Assembly: GCA_964291285.2 (NCBI GenBank)
Contig: OZ219785.1
Span: 256,001 to 320,000, forward strand
Direction: 5' to 3'
Source of the DNA: Alphaproteobacteria bacterium
Lineage (GTDB): Bacteria > Pseudomonadota > Alphaproteobacteria > Bin95
DNA: 64,000 nt
The position numbers and the translations under genes are program-made. How positions within the stretch are numbered: position 1 is the first letter of the stretch; each line of letters starts with the position of its first letter. This document shows positions 33,632 through 46,621 of the stretch, piece by piece. Below the pieces are notes generated by a model. The model did no database searches. It had not been told where the DNA came from and saw only the letters and a program-made list of their open reading frames with translations.

Positions 33632-35255
33632 TCCGGGCCCAGTCGTCGCGCAGCCCGATCGTGCGGTTGAAGCCGCCGTCGGGGTCGGCGGCGAAATAGC
33701 CGAGGCGTTCGAACTGCACCGTCCTGCCGGGCTCCATGCCCGCCAGGCCGGGCTCCAGGCGGCAGGTCTCCAGGACCTCCAGCGAGTCCGGGTTCAGGTC
33801 TTCGAGGCCCGCCGGCTCGTCGGAGGTGAAGAGCGGGCCATAAAGCCGGACCGGGGCGCGCTCGGCATGGGCGGCGGAGACCCAGTGGATCGTCGCCTTG
33901 ACCTTGCGGCCGTCGGGCGCGCTGCCGCCGCGCGTCTCGGGGTCGTAGCGGCAGCGTAGCTCCACGATTTCGCCGCTGTCGTCCTTCACCGCCTCGAGGC
34001 AGGTCAGGAAATAGGCGTAGCGCAGCCGCACCTCCCGGCCGGGTGCGAGGCGGAAGAACTTCCGGGGCGGGGCTTCCATGAAGTCGTCGCGCTCGATCCA
34101 GAGTTCGCGCGAAAACGGAACCTTGCGGCTGCCCGCCTCCGGGTCGCCCGGATTGTTGGCGGCCTCCAGCCACTCCATCTCGCCCTCGGGGTAGTTTTCG
34201 ATCACGACCCTGAGCGGGCGCAGCACGGCCATGCGCCGCTCGGCAGTGCGGTTCAGCTGTTCGCGCACGCAATGGTCCAGCAGCGCCGCCTCCACCCGGC
34301 CGGCGCTTTTCGAGATCGCGAGCCGGGAGACGAAGTCGCGGAGCGCCTCCGCCGGCACGCCCCGCCGCCGCAGGCCGCGAAGGGTCGGCATGCGCGGGTC
34401 GTCCCAACCCGCCACATGGCCTTCCTGCACGAGGCGGGTGAGCGCGCGCTTGGAGAGGATCGTCCCGGTCATGTCGAGCCGGGCGAACTCGTACTGGCGC
34501 GGGCGGCAGGCGGCCGGCACGCGCTCCAGCAGCCAGTCGTAGAGCGGGCGGTGGTCGGCGAACTCGAGCGTGCAGAGCGAATGCGTCACGCCCTCGATGG
34601 CGTCCGACTGGCCGTGCGCATAGTCGTAGGTCGGGTAAATGCGCCAGGCATCGCCCGTGCGCGGATGCGCATGGTCCAGGATGCGGTAGAGCACGGGGTC
34701 GCGCAGGTTGATATTGCCCGAGCCCATGTCGATGCGCGCGCGCAGCACGCAATGTCCGGGCGCGAATTCGCCAGCGCGCATCCGGCGCAGCTGGTCGAGG
34801 CTCTCCGCCGCCGGCCGGTCGCGCCAGGGGCTCGGGGCGCCCGGTTCGGTAAGTGTGCCGCGCGTTTCCCGTATCTCCTCCGCCGACTGTTCGTCGACAT
34901 AGGCATGGCCCGTCTCGACCAGATGCTCCGCCCACTCGTAGAGCGTGTCGAAATAGTCCGAGGCATGGACCGGCTCGCCCGCCCACTCGAAGCCGAGCCA
35001 GCGCACATCCTCCTGGATGGCGTCGATATAGGCCTGCTCTTCCCTTGCCGGGTTGGTGTCGTCGAAGCGCAGGTTGCAGTGGCCGCCAAATTCCGCCGCC
35101 ACGCCGAAATTGAGGCAGATCGACTTGGCGTGGCCGATATGCAGGAAGCCGTTGGGCTCCGGCGGAAAGCGGGTAATGACCGACTCGACCCCGCCCTCCG
35201 CAAGGTCGGCGCGGATGCGGTCGCGGATGAAATCGCCGCCCGTCGGCGCGTCCAT
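33600..35255 (-). CDS. glnS: Glutamine--tRNA ligase
   Basis: [63 protein letters not shown]. Confidence 0.93.
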   Translation of the reverse strand: MDAPTGGDFIRDRIRADLAEGGVESVITRFPPEPNGFLHIGHAKSICLNFGVAAEFGGHCNLRFDDTNPAREEQAYIDAIQEDVRWLGFEWAGEPVHASDYFDTLYEWAEHLVETGHAYVDEQSAEEIRETRGTLTEPGAPSPWRDRPAAESLDQLRRMRAGEFAPGHCVLRARIDMGSGNINLRDPVLYRILDHAHPRTGDAWRIYPTYDYAHGQSDAIEGVTHSLCTLEFADHRPLYDWLLERVPAACRPRQYEFARLDMTGTILSKRALTRLVQEGHVAGWDDPRMPTLRGLRRRGVPAEALRDFVSRLAISKSAGRVEAALLDHCVREQLNRTAERRMAVLRPLRVVIENYPEGEMEWLEAANNPGDPEAGSRKVPFSRELWIERDDFMEAPPRKFFRLAPGREVRLRYAYFLTCLEAVKDDSGEIVELRCRYDPETRGGSAPDGRKVKATIHWVSAAHAERAPVRLYGPLFTSDEPAGLEDLNPDSLEVLETCRLEPGLAGMEPGRTVQFERLGYFAADPDGGFNRTIGLRDDWARIRAREAGTVP

Positions 35256-35272
35256 GGGGCCGGCGCTCCGTC

Positions 35273-36106
35273 TCAGAAGGGCGACGTGCCGCGCGTGACC
35301 GTGCGGTGCAGCACCCGGGCCTCGCGGGCGCGCTCCTCGGCGCGGTGCAACAGGCAGCGATTGTCCCACATCAGCAGGTCGCCCTCGCGCCATTGGTGGC
35401 GCCAGACGAAACGCTCCGCCGTGCTGTGCGCCTCGATCTCCTCCAGCAGCGCCTCGCCCTCGTCCCGGTCCATGCCGAAAATGTGCGAGGCGTGGTTGCC
35501 GATGAAGAACGCCTCGCGGCCGCTCTCCGGGTGGCGCCTTACCAGCGGATGCGCCACGGGCGGATAGACCGCCGCCTCCTCCGGGCTCGCCTCGCGCTCG
35601 CCGGATTTCCGGCACGAGCGCACCCAGTCATGCACCACCTTCATGCCCCGGAAGGCTTCCCGCCGCTCGGCGGAATAAGCTTCGAAGGCGCGGTTCATGT
35701 TCGCGAACTCCGTGCGCCCGCCCTGCGCCGGCACCTTCACCGCATAGAGGAAGGTCGCGCAGGACGGCACCGTCCGGTAGGACTTGTCCGAGTGCCAGCG
35801 CAGGTTCCCCTTCGCCGCCGCCTCGGGTTTCGGGTTCCCGCCGGCGTCAAGGTTCGAGACCGTGTGGACGAGCGAGACGTCGTTGCCCTTGTTGCGCTGG
35901 ATATGCACGTCGAGCGCACCGAACCGGAGCGTCGCCGCCAGTTGCGCCGGCTTGTCCAGCTCCTGGTCCCGGAAGCACAGGACATGGCGGTCGAGGAACG
36001 CCTCATGCAGCGCGGCCCGGTCATCGTCGTCGAGCGGTTCGCGCAGATCGACGCCCCGGACCTCGGCGGCCAGCACGTCGGAAAGCGGTTGGATAGCGAG
36101 TGTCAT
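35273..36106 (-). CDS. TauD/TfdA-family Fe(II)/2-oxoglutarate dioxygenase
   Basis: [25 protein letters not shown]. Confidence 0.9.
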   Translation of the reverse strand: MTLAIQPLSDVLAAEVRGVDLREPLDDDDRAALHEAFLDRHVLCFRDQELDKPAQLAATLRFGALDVHIQRNKGNDVSLVHTVSNLDAGGNPKPEAAAKGNLRWHSDKSYRTVPSCATFLYAVKVPAQGGRTEFANMNRAFEAYSAERREAFRGMKVVHDWVRSCRKSGEREASPEEAAVYPPVAHPLVRRHPESGREAFFIGNHASHIFGMDRDEGEALLEEIEAHSTAERFVWRHQWREGDLLMWDNRCLLHRAEERAREARVLHRTVTRGTSPF

Positions 36107-36164
36107 GGCCGGCAATCTAGCGGAGCGGAGAGCCGGGCGGTAGCGGGTTGCCACGCCGGCGCCT

Positions 36165-36196
36165 AAAGCGAAACGCCGGGCCCGAGGGCCCGGCGT
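36165..36196 (-). terminator. Hairpin terminator after Hsp20 gene
   Basis: ACGCCGGGCCC-GA-GGGCCCGGCGT stem followed by TTCGCTTT on the minus strand. Confidence 0.55.
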
Positions 36197-36228
36197 CCGG
36201 TTGCGTGAATGTCGAGAGGCGTGCGCGC

Positions 36229-36678
36229 TCAGGCCGCTTCGATGGCCTGCGGCGCGCCGGAGCCGATCTCGATCCGGCGGGGCTTCAGCGCCTCGGGCAC
36301 CTCGCTCACCAGCTCGACGGCGAGCATGCCGTTCTCCAGCTTCGCGCCGGCGGCCTTCACATGCTCGGCGAGGCGGAAGGTGCGCCGGAACTGCCGGGTG
36401 GCGATGCCGCGATGCAGGAAGACGCGGTCGTCGCCCTGGTTGCGGACCTTGCCGGCGATCACGAGCTCGTCGCCCTTCGCCTCGATCGCAAGGTCCTCTT
36501 CGCCGAAGCCGGCCACCGCCATCTCGATGCGGTAGGTGTGCTCGCCGGTCTTGACGATGTTGCAGGGCGGATAGTGCTCGGCCGTCGCGTCGGCGTTCAT
36601 GACGCGGTCGAAGTTCTTCATCAGCCGCTCGAAGCCGATGGTGGACCGCAGGAGAGGGGAGAAATCGAATGCCGTCAT
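36229..36678 (-). CDS. Small heat-shock protein (Hsp20, IbpA-like)
   Basis: DFSPLLRSTIGF, YPPCNI, AVAGF, FLHRGIATRQF, LENGML, KPRRIEI. Confidence 0.93.
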   Translation of the reverse strand: MTAFDFSPLLRSTIGFERLMKNFDRVMNADATAEHYPPCNIVKTGEHTYRIEMAVAGFGEEDLAIEAKGDELVIAGKVRNQGDDRVFLHRGIATRQFRRTFRLAEHVKAAGAKLENGMLAVELVSEVPEALKPRRIEIGSGAPQAIEAA

Positions 36679-36780
36679 CGGTCATCCTCCTTGAGAAGCG
36701 ATTGTCGATGTTCCGGGGCCCGCCGCTCATCGGCCGGACCCGCCGTCCTCCGCCCCCGTCAACCGGCGGGCTTCGGACAA
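36679..36780 (-). promoter_or_regulatory. Putative ROSE-type RNA thermometer in Hsp20 5' UTR
   Basis: ATCGCT-TCTC-AAGGAGGAT just before ATG (U(U/C)GCU motif facing the SD); GC-rich upstream hairpins. Confidence 0.5.
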
Positions 36781-36785
36781 TCTCC

Positions 36786-36813
36786 AGATGGGGATGCGCG
36801 GCGGCGATTCAAG
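36786..36813 (-). promoter_or_regulatory. sigma32 (RpoH) promoter
   Basis: CTTGAA-14 nt-CCCCATCT upstream of Hsp20. Confidence 0.8.
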
Positions 36814-36884
36814 ACGCCGGGGCGCTTCTTTCGACACAGGCCGCATGGCCGACGCCCGTAGCCCCTCTCTCCGGCGCGCGGAGA

Positions 36885-37610
36885 CCTGCCGGGATGTCAT
36901 GGGATGTCATGGGATGTCATGGGACCGGTCTCCGCTCCGGTCGTTCGCAAGGCATCGCAGCCTCCTTGGTCGAGCCATGGTCCCGGACGCCCGTTGCCGG
37001 AGGAGCGTCCCCCGCCCGCGCATGATGCGCGCCCGCCCGCGCGTGCGCGCCCGTCCGCGCATGGCGGCGGGACCGTCCTCTCCACCGTGGATGTCATGGG
37101 ATGTCATGTTTTGTCATGCGGCGTGCTCAGCCTGCTCCCGCGATACGTCATGAAATGTCATGATTCACATGCACGTGGCGCATAGGCGATGGTCCTTTCG
37201 GGCATGACGCCGTGCTTTCGGGGAGGAGTTGCGGGTATTCTGTCCGGTTTTCCCGGCTTTGCGTCTTCGGCATGGGTCTTTCCTTTCGAGCCCTCTTCGT
37301 TCCGTTCTGCCCGCCGCCGGCCTGACCGCGGCGGGGCCCTAATTCGCGCGTAATGCGCCCGCCCGCGCCCGCGCCCGCCTGCGCGCTTCGCAGCGGCGCG
37401 AATCGCGCGCCTGATTGCCCGCGCGCGCGGGTCAACTGCAGGACACACCTGTCCCGTCCGCTTCTCGGGTGCTTTTTTCGCGCCGGCGCGAAACGGGAAA
37501 GCAAACGGCTCCCAGGACACCGCCCCCTTTCCTGCACCCTATCTAGTGTTGGATTTTCCTGAGATCAAGCAGTAATTGGAATTATTTCTGATTTTATGAA
37601 CAAACATCAA
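36885..37610 (-). repeat. Dispersed non-coding element copy B (uninterrupted)
   Basis: Homologous to 1680-1955, 3974-4000 and 5330-5445; includes 3 x GGGATGTCAT at 36891-36920. Confidence 0.75.
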
Positions 37611-37656
37611 TCTTTCACGGCTAGCGGGACCTGCTTCCTTCCGGCCTCACATTGCC

Positions 37657-38943
37657 TTACTTCCCGATGCAGAACTCCCGGAAGATGGCGTCGAGCAGGT
37701 CTTCCACATCGACGCGGCCGGTGACGCGGCCGAGGGCGCGGACGGCGAGGCGGAGGTCTTCGGCGGCGAGGTCGGTCTGGGGAGCGGCGGCGAAGCGGTC
37801 GAGCGCCTCGGCCGACTGCCTGAGCGCGTGGACATGGCGGGCGCGGAGCGCGCCGGGTGGACCGGCGACGCGCGAGCGCACGGCTTCCGCTATGGCGCCG
37901 CGCAGCGCCTCCAGCCCCTCGCCCGTCCGGGCGGAGACGGCGAGGCCGGGGCCGGGCGCCGCGCCGAGGTCGGCCTTGGTGCGGACGGCGAGGCCCGGCA
38001 TGTCGGGAGGCGGCGGGACGTCGGGGGCGGTCAGCAGCAGGCAGAGGTCTGCCGACGCCGCCTCGGCGCGCGCCCGGCGCATGCCCTCCCGCTCGATGGG
38101 GTCCTCGCTCTCATGCAGGCCCGCCATGTCGATCAGGCGCACGAGATAGCCTTCCATGACCAGCCGCGCTTCCAGCACGTCGCGCGTCGTGCCGGCGCTG
38201 GGCGAGGTGATGGCGACCTCGCGCGCCGCGAGCGCGTTCAGGAGGCTCGACTTGCCGGCATTGGGCGCGCCCGCCAGCGCCACCCGGAAGCCGTCGCGCA
38301 CGACCTCGCCGCGCGCGCCCGCGGCCAGCGCTTCCGCCATCTCCGCGCCGACCGCAGCCACGGCCTCCGAGACCTGCGCCTCAAGCCCGTCCGGCAATTC
38401 CTCGTCGCTGAAATCGATCGCGGCCTCGATATGGGCGAGCGCCCCGACCAGCCGGTCCCGCCAGCCGTCGAATTGCCGCGCGAGCCCGCCGCCGAGCGCA
38501 TGGAGCGCCTGGCGGCGCTGCCCCTCGGTCTCGGCGTCGATGAGTTCGGCGAGTCCTTCGACCGCCGTCAGGTCCATGCGCCCGGCCTCGAAGGCGCGCC
38601 GGGTGAACTCGCCGGGTTCCGCCGGGCGCAGGCCGTCCAGCCGCATCAGCGCCGCCTGCACCGCGTCCACCACAACCGGCGCGCCGTGCAGATGCAGTTC
38701 CGCCGCGTCCTCGCCGGTGAAGCTCGCCGGGCCGGGAAACCAGACCGCAAGCCCCCGGTCCAGCAGTTCGCCGCTCTCCGGGTCGCGGACGGACCGCAGC
38801 ACCGCCCGGCGCGGCTCCGGCAGCGGCCCGGCAACCGCCTCCAGCGCCCTGCCCGCTTCCGGCCCCGACAGGCGCAGCACCGCGATGCCGGCCCGGCCGG
38901 GCGCCGTCGCCTCGGCGAAGATGGTGTCGGGCGGGTCCGTCAG
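37657..38943 (-). CDS. mnmE: tRNA modification GTPase MnmE
   Basis: [44 protein letters not shown]; start codon uncertain (CTG assumed). Confidence 0.93.
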   Translation of the reverse strand: MTDPPDTIFAEATAPGRAGIAVLRLSGPEAGRALEAVAGPLPEPRRAVLRSVRDPESGELLDRGLAVWFPGPASFTGEDAAELHLHGAPVVVDAVQAALMRLDGLRPAEPGEFTRRAFEAGRMDLTAVEGLAELIDAETEGQRRQALHALGGGLARQFDGWRDRLVGALAHIEAAIDFSDEELPDGLEAQVSEAVAAVGAEMAEALAAGARGEVVRDGFRVALAGAPNAGKSSLLNALAAREVAITSPSAGTTRDVLEARLVMEGYLVRLIDMAGLHESEDPIEREGMRRARAEAASADLCLLLTAPDVPPPPDMPGLAVRTKADLGAAPGPGLAVSARTGEGLEALRGAIAEAVRSRVAGPPGALRARHVHALRQSAEALDRFAAAPQTDLAAEDLRLAVRALGRVTGRVDVEDLLDAIFREFCIGK

Positions 38944-39260
38944 GCGTCGGGGTCGAGCATCAGCCGGGAGACCCGGCCGCCGCCCTTCAGGTGCGTTTCG
39001 AGGATCTCGTCGATATCCGCCTCGTTCTCGTAGCGGTACCAGGTACCCTCGGGATAGATGACCATGGTCGGCCCGAGTTCGCAGCGGTCGAGGCAGCCCG
39101 CGATGTTGATGCGCGCGTTGGGCAGCGACCGGGCGCGCGCCTTCATGTAGGCGCGCAGCTTCTCCGAGCCCTTCTCGCTGCAGCAGCCGCGCGGATGGCC
39201 GGGCGGACGGGTATTGGTGCAACAGAACACATGCGCGTCGTAGTAGAGCGCGTCCGCCAT
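38940..39260 (-). CDS. Thioredoxin-like [2Fe-2S] ferredoxin
   Basis: [35 protein letters not shown]. Confidence 0.9.
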   Translation of the reverse strand: MADALYYDAHVFCCTNTRPPGHPRGCCSEKGSEKLRAYMKARARSLPNARINIAGCLDRCELGPTMVIYPEGTWYRYENEADIDEILETHLKGGGRVSRLMLDPDA

Positions 39261-39308
39261 GATTTCCTTCCTCGCGTCCGGGAGTGCGCCAGTTTACCCT
39301 CCGGGGCC

Positions 39309-41312
<2,004 letters not shown>

Positions 41313-41376
41313 AGGGCGGAGGCCATGCGCGACCTGTTGCTGAAGGGTGGGTAATGGCGGAAAGGGCAAATGGAGA

Positions 41377-41405
41377 TTGACCATGGTCTCTGACCATAGT
41401 ATGTT
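41377..41405 (+). promoter_or_regulatory. TA promoter with overlapping operator
   Basis: TTGACC-17 nt-TATGTT; palindrome GACCATGGTC (41379-41388) and repeated TGACCAT. Confidence 0.55.
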
Positions 41406-41438
41406 CAGCCAATAGACGCTTGGGGAGAGGACGGGCCG

Positions 41439-41933
41439 ATGCAGCGTTACACCGTGAGGGACATGGCGGCGGCTTTGGGCGTGGAGCCGAAGGCCGTCCG
41501 TCGCCACCTGCGGTCCCTGGGCGTCTATCGCAATTCCGGCCGGCGCCATGAGTGGGACGGCGCCCGGTACCGCGAGTTGCTGGCGCTCGTCGGGCCGCGC
41601 ATCGCCGGCGGCGTTCCGACGAACCGGAGCGCGGGCGAAGCCGGGGCGCGTGAAGGGCTGCGGGAAATGCAGTCGGCCTATAAAGCGCCGGAAATGCCGG
41701 CGGGGATGGAGGAAATGCAGATATCCACCTTCAAGGCCACCTGCCTTGCGGTCCTCGAACGGGTGGGAAAGACCGGCCAGCCGGTGCTCGTGACCCGGTT
41801 CGGCCAGCCGGTGGCGCAGATCGTCCCGCCGCCCTCCGGCGAGTGGCTCGGCGCCATGGCCGGCTCGGGGCAAATCATCGGAGACCTCACCGTCCCCGCC
41901 CTCGACCCGGAGGAATGGGAAGCGCTCGGCTAG
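41439..41933 (+). CDS. Phd/YefM antitoxin, possibly with N-terminal HTH extension
   Basis: ISTFKATCLAVLERVGKTGQPVLVTRFGQPVAQIVP; alternative start at ATG 41706. Confidence 0.75.
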   Translation: MQRYTVRDMAAALGVEPKAVRRHLRSLGVYRNSGRRHEWDGARYRELLALVGPRIAGGVPTNRSAGEAGAREGLREMQSAYKAPEMPAGMEEMQISTFKATCLAVLERVGKTGQPVLVTRFGQPVAQIVPPPSGEWLGAMAGSGQIIGDLTVPALDPEEWEALG

Positions 41934-41939
41934 GCGCCG

Positions 41940-42329
41940 ATGCTGCTCGACACGCATATCTGGCTCTGGGCGCTGCTCGACCCGGGCCGGCTTTCCGGCC
42001 GGGTGCGGGCCCTGCTCGCCTCGCCGGCGGAGACGCTCCGGCTCTCCCCGGTGAGCGTGTGGGAGGCGCTGGTCCTGGCGGAGCGGGGCCGGATCGCGCT
42101 GGAGCCGGACCCGCGCCGCTGGCTGGACAGGGCGTTGGCGGCGGCGCCGGTCGCCGAGGCCCCATTGACCTTGGAGGTGGCGATGGCGAGCCGCAGCATC
42201 GCGCTGGACCACAAGGACCCGGCCGACCGCTTCATCGCCGCGAGCGCGCTGGTCTTCGGCCTGACCCTGGTGACGGCCGACGCGCGGCTGCTCGACTGCC
42301 CGGATATCGAGGTGCTGGCCAACCGCTGA
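41940..42329 (+). CDS. PIN-domain VapC toxin
   Basis: LLDTHIWLW, SVWE, HKDPADRFI, LVTAD. Confidence 0.9.
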   Translation: MLLDTHIWLWALLDPGRLSGRVRALLASPAETLRLSPVSVWEALVLAERGRIALEPDPRRWLDRALAAAPVAEAPLTLEVAMASRSIALDHKDPADRFIAASALVFGLTLVTADARLLDCPDIEVLANR

Positions 42330-42347
42330 CGGCCGGCCGCCTCGCCC

Positions 42348-43016
42348 CTATCCCTTTCCGCCGCCCGCGCCGAGATAGCGCGCGAGCGCCACCGCCAGCG
42401 CCGCGCCGGCGAACTGGGCGAGGATGAAGGCGGGCGCGTCCTCCGGGCGGATGCCGGAGAAGGTGTCGGTGAAGGCGCGCGCGACCGTCACCGCCGGGTT
42501 GGCGAAGGAGGTGGACGCGGTGAACCAGTAGCCGGCGGTGATGTAAAGCCCGACCGCCCAAGCCACGGCTTCCGATTTCGCCTTCAGGCAAAGCAGGATG
42601 GTGAACACCAGCCCGAAGGCCGCAATCCCCTCGGAAAAGGCCTGCGCGAAGCCTGAGCGCTCCTTGCCGGAGGCGAAGAACAGCTCCGGCTGCTCGAACA
42701 TGATGTGCGCCACCGCGACGCCCAGCAGGCCGCCCGCCACCTGCACGAGGATGTAGAGCGCCGCGTCGCCCGGCCCGATATCGCGCCGCATCAGGAAGGC
42801 GACCGTGACGGCCGGGTTGAAATGCGCGCCCGAGACCGGCCCCAGGATCAGGATCAGCACCACCAGGATCGCGCCCGTCGCGATGGTGTTGCCGAGCAGC
42901 GCGATGGCCACATTCCCGCCGGCAAGCGTCTCGCCCATGATGCCGGAGCCCACCACCACGGCGAGCAGCATGGCGGTGCCTGCGAATTCGGCGGTCAGTC
43001 GTTGGAAAAGGGTCAT
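42348..43016 (-). CDS. MIP/aquaporin family channel
   Basis: [10 protein letters not shown] and SFANPAVT (two NPA boxes). Confidence 0.9.
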   Translation of the reverse strand: MTLFQRLTAEFAGTAMLLAVVVGSGIMGETLAGGNVAIALLGNTIATGAILVVLILILGPVSGAHFNPAVTVAFLMRRDIGPGDAALYILVQVAGGLLGVAVAHIMFEQPELFFASGKERSGFAQAFSEGIAAFGLVFTILLCLKAKSEAVAWAVGLYITAGYWFTASTSFANPAVTVARAFTDTFSGIRPEDAPAFILAQFAGAALAVALARYLGAGGGKG

Positions 43017-44188
43017 GCCGCGGCCTCCAGCGCCGCCACGCCGGGCAGAACCCGGCCTTCAAGCCATTCGAGAAACGCGCCGCCCGCGGTCGAGACATAG
43101 CCGAACCGCTCGACCACCCCGGCCCCGGCGAGCGCCGCCACCGTGTCGCCGCCGCCGGCCACGGTCAGCAGCCCGTCCATGCCGGCCGCCGCCTGCGCCA
43201 CCTCATTGGTGCCCCGGTCGAAGGGCGGCACCTCGAAGGCGCCGAGCGGGCCGTTCCAGACCAGGGTACGCAGGATCTTCATCCGGAGGATCAGATCGGA
43301 GACGCTCTGCGGGCCGATATCGAGGATCATGGAGTCCGGCGGCACCTCGTCCACCGCCACGACCTCGGTCGGCGCGCCGGCTTCGAATGCAGGCGCCACG
43401 ACCGCGTCCTCCGGCAGGACCACCGTGCAGCCGCACCGCTCCGCGTCATTGAGGATGTCGCGCGCCGTCTCCGCCATGTCGCGCTCGCAGAGGCTGCAGC
43501 CCACCTCGTAACCCTGCGCATGAAGGAAGGTGTTCGCCATGCCGCCGCCGATGGCGAGCATATCGACCCGGGCCGAGAGGTTGCCGAGCAGGGTGAGCTT
43601 GGTCGAGACCTTGGCGCCGCCGACGATCGCGCCCGACGGACGCTCCGGCGCGTTGAGGGTCGCCTCCAGCGCTTCCAGCTCGCGTTGCATCAGCCGCCCG
43701 GCCGCGGCCGGCAGCAGCCGCGCCAGCGCCTCGGTGGAGGCGTGCGCCCGGTGCGCGGCGGAGAAGGCGTCGTTCACATAGAGGTCGCCGAGCGCGGCCA
43801 GCCGGGCGGCGTAGTCCGGGTCGTTGGCCTCTTCGCCGGGGTCGAAGCGCAGGTTTTCCAGCAGCGCCACCCCGCCCGCCGGCAGGCCGGCAATCACCGC
43901 GGCCGGGTCGTCGGCCGCGAAGGCCACCGGCGCCTCCAGCGCGTCCGCCAGCGCCTCCGCCACCGGGCGCAGCGAAAGCTCCGGCGCGGGCCTGCCCTTC
44001 GGCCGCCCGAGATGCGAGAGCACGACGACGCGCGCCCCCCTGGCGGCGAGCTCGCGGATCGTCGGCAGGGTGCGCTCGATGCGTGTGCGGTCGCCCACCC
44101 GGCCGTCGCGCATGGGCACATTCAGGTCGGCGCGCAGCAGCACGGTCAGCCCGGCCGCGTCGAGCCCGTCCAGCGTGCGCACCGGCAT
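43013..44188 (-). CDS. pgk: Phosphoglycerate kinase
   Basis: [49 protein letters not shown]. Confidence 0.96.
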   Translation of the reverse strand: MPVRTLDGLDAAGLTVLLRADLNVPMRDGRVGDRTRIERTLPTIRELAARGARVVVLSHLGRPKGRPAPELSLRPVAEALADALEAPVAFAADDPAAVIAGLPAGGVALLENLRFDPGEEANDPDYAARLAALGDLYVNDAFSAAHRAHASTEALARLLPAAAGRLMQRELEALEATLNAPERPSGAIVGGAKVSTKLTLLGNLSARVDMLAIGGGMANTFLHAQGYEVGCSLCERDMAETARDILNDAERCGCTVVLPEDAVVAPAFEAGAPTEVVAVDEVPPDSMILDIGPQSVSDLILRMKILRTLVWNGPLGAFEVPPFDRGTNEVAQAAAGMDGLLTVAGGGDTVAALAGAGVVERFGYVSTAGGAFLEWLEGRVLPGVAALEAAA

Positions 44189-44937
44189 CAGTTGTTGCCG
44201 ACCGCGCCGCCCAGCACGTCCCCGATCTCGTCATGCACGGTGAGGTCCGCGAAGCGGTCGAGGTCGGTCGGCTCGCGGTTGACGATGGCGAGGAAGGCCC
44301 CGTTGCGCTTCGCCGCGATCGGGAAGCCCGCCGCCGGATAGACCACCAGCGACGAGCCGCAGACGATGAACAGGTCGGCCGCCATCGTCTCGAGTTCTGC
44401 CCGGCGCATGGCCTTTTCCGGCATGGCCTGGCCGAAGGAGATCGTCGCCGTCTTCACCATGCCGCCGCAGGCATTGCAGAGCGGCAGCGTCTCGTCCCTG
44501 CGGAAGGCCGCGAGGATGTCGTCCAGCTCGTGCCGGAGGCCGCAATTGAGGCAGGCGGCGTAGGTCGAGTTGCCGTGCAGTTCGATCACCTTCTCGTCCG
44601 GCACGCCCGAGGCCTGGTGCAGCCCGTCGATATTCTGCGTGATGACGGCCGAGACGATGCCGCGCTCGACCAGCGCCGCCACCGCCCGGTGGCCCCGGTT
44701 CGGGCGGGCGCCGGTCATCGTCTTGTCGGTCTCGATCTTGCGCCGCCAGGTCTCGCGCCGCATCTCCTCCGAGGAGATGAAGTCGTCGAACATGATCGGC
44801 TTGTAGCGGTCCCAGACGCCGCCGGGGCTGCGGAAGTCCGGGATGCCGGACTCGGTGCTGATGCCGGCCCCGGTGAACACCACAGCCCGCCGCGCCTTCC
44901 CGATCGCCTCCCTCAGCCGTTCGATGCCGTCCCCCAT
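44188..44937 (-). CDS. Sir2-family NAD-dependent deacylase
   Basis: [36 protein letters not shown]. Confidence 0.92.
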   Translation of the reverse strand: MGDGIERLREAIGKARRAVVFTGAGISTESGIPDFRSPGGVWDRYKPIMFDDFISSEEMRRETWRRKIETDKTMTGARPNRGHRAVAALVERGIVSAVITQNIDGLHQASGVPDEKVIELHGNSTYAACLNCGLRHELDDILAAFRRDETLPLCNACGGMVKTATISFGQAMPEKAMRRAELETMAADLFIVCGSSLVVYPAAGFPIAAKRNGAFLAIVNREPTDLDRFADLTVHDEIGDVLGGAVGNN

Positions 44938-44974
44938 CGCCGCCTCCGCCTTGCGCTCCCCGACCAGTCTTAGG

Positions 44975-45883
44975 TCACGCCAGGGCATAGCGCGAGTCCG
45001 GCCCCGGCGGGTCGTCGCCGGAGGCCGCGCGCCCGTCCTCGACCATATGCAGCAGATGCGAGAGCACGGAGCGCCCGGCAGCGCGGTGCAGCCCCGGATC
45101 GACATCCGTGTAGATGCGCCGGACCATGTCCGGGATCGTCGCCACGCCAGCTTCGAGGCAGACCAGGATCGCCTGCTCGCGCTCTTCGCGGTGCGCGATG
45201 AAGGCGTCGACGAACGGCCCCGGATCGGTGATCGGGGGCCCGTGACCCGGCCACCAGGGGGTTTCCGTGCGCGCCCGCACCTTGCGCAGGCTCGCCATGT
45301 AGTGCGCCATGTCGCCGTCCGGCGGGGAGACGATGGAGGTGGACCAGCCCATCACATGGTCGCCGCTGAACAGAGAGTCCTCCTCCGCGAGCGCGAAGCA
45401 GAGATGGTTGGAGATGTGGCCCGGCGTGAACAGGCCCTCCAGGGTCCAGCCCCGGCCCTCGATGCGCCCGCCGTCGGGCACCCGGATGTCGGGGTCGAAG
45501 CCCGTGTCGCCGCCTTCGGGCGAGTCGAAGGGCCAGTTGCGCCGGGCGCCGATGCCGTGCGGGCCGTAGCCGCAAAGCGGCGCGCCGGTGGCCGCCTTGA
45601 GCGCGGCGCAGCCGGGCGAGTGGTCGCGGTGGGTGTGCGTCGCGACGATGTGGGTCACGGTCTCGCCCCGGAGCGCATCCAGGATCGCGGCCGTGTGCGC
45701 GGCGTCCTCCGGGCCGGGGTCGATCACCGCCACCTCGCCGCGCCCGACGATGTAGGTATTGGTGCCCTTGAAGGTGAACAGGCTCGGATTGGCGCTGGTG
45801 ATGCGCCGCACCAGCGGCGTCAGCTCATAGACCCGCTCCGGTTCGATATCGAAGTCCCGGTAGAACGGAATCGGCGCGGCCAT
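44975..45883 (-). CDS. Metallo-beta-lactamase-fold hydrolase
   Basis: [23 protein letters not shown]. Confidence 0.9.
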   Translation of the reverse strand: MAAPIPFYRDFDIEPERVYELTPLVRRITSANPSLFTFKGTNTYIVGRGEVAVIDPGPEDAAHTAAILDALRGETVTHIVATHTHRDHSPGCAALKAATGAPLCGYGPHGIGARRNWPFDSPEGGDTGFDPDIRVPDGGRIEGRGWTLEGLFTPGHISNHLCFALAEEDSLFSGDHVMGWSTSIVSPPDGDMAHYMASLRKVRARTETPWWPGHGPPITDPGPFVDAFIAHREEREQAILVCLEAGVATIPDMVRRIYTDVDPGLHRAAGRSVLSHLLHMVEDGRAASGDDPPGPDSRYALA

Positions 45884-45952
45884 GGCTCTCTCGCTGGGGT
45901 TACGGTCGCGCACCGGATTGATGGTCCGCGACCCTGCTGCTATCAATTGTGC

Positions 45953-46621
45953 ATGCGCCGGTCAACGCGGATCGCCCCGTCGATACTCTCCGCCGACTTC
46001 GCGGAGCTCGGGGCCGCCGTGGACTCGCTCGTTGCCGCCGGCGCCGACTATATTCATATCGATGTCATGGACGGCCATTTCGTCCCGAACCTCACCATCG
46101 GCCCGGCAGTGGTGAAGGCGCTCCGCAGGCGCACCGACCGGACCTTCGACACGCACCTGATGATTGCGCCGCTCGACCCGCTGCTGCCCGAATTCCTCGA
46201 TGCCGGGGCGGACATCGTGACCGTCCATGCCGAGGCGGGGCCGCACCTCCACCGCAGCGTGCAGCGCATCAGGGAGGCGGGCCGCCGGGCGGGCGTGGCG
46301 CTCAATCCCGGTACGCCGGCAAGCGCCGTGGATGCCGTGCTCGGCGACATCGACCTCGTGCTGGCGATGACGGTCGATCCGGGTTTCGGCGGCCAGAGCT
46401 TCCTGCCGGCCCAATGCGCCAAGATCGCGGCGCTCCGCGCGCGCATCGACGAATCGGGCCGGGAGATCGACCTTGAGGTGGACGGCGGCATCACCGACGA
46501 GACCGCGGCCGAAGTGCGGGCCGCGGGCGCCGACGTGCTGGTCGCGGGCAGCTTCGTCTTCGCCGACGGGCTCCAGGGCTGCGCCGGGCGCATCCGCCGG
46601 CTGCGCGAGGCCGCGCCTTGA
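45953..46621 (+). CDS. rpe: Ribulose-phosphate 3-epimerase
   Basis: [33 protein letters not shown]. Confidence 0.95.
   Translation: MRRSTRIAPSILSADFAELGAAVDSLVAAGADYIHIDVMDGHFVPNLTIGPAVVKALRRRTDRTFDTHLMIAPLDPLLPEFLDAGADIVTVHAEAGPHLHRSVQRIREAGRRAGVALNPGTPASAVDAVLGDIDLVLAMTVDPGFGGQSFLPAQCAKIAALRARIDESGREIDLEVDGGITDETAAEVRAAGADVLVAGSFVFADGLQGCAGRIRRLREAAP

Noticed and set aside
36891-36923. Tandem 10-mers as a CRISPR array
   Set aside because: No spacers, units too short, no cas genes in the window
44188-44937. Sir2 protein as an anti-phage (Thoeris/DSR) component
   Set aside because: Ordinary CobB-like deacylase with Zn-binding Cys, coupled to pgk in housekeeping context
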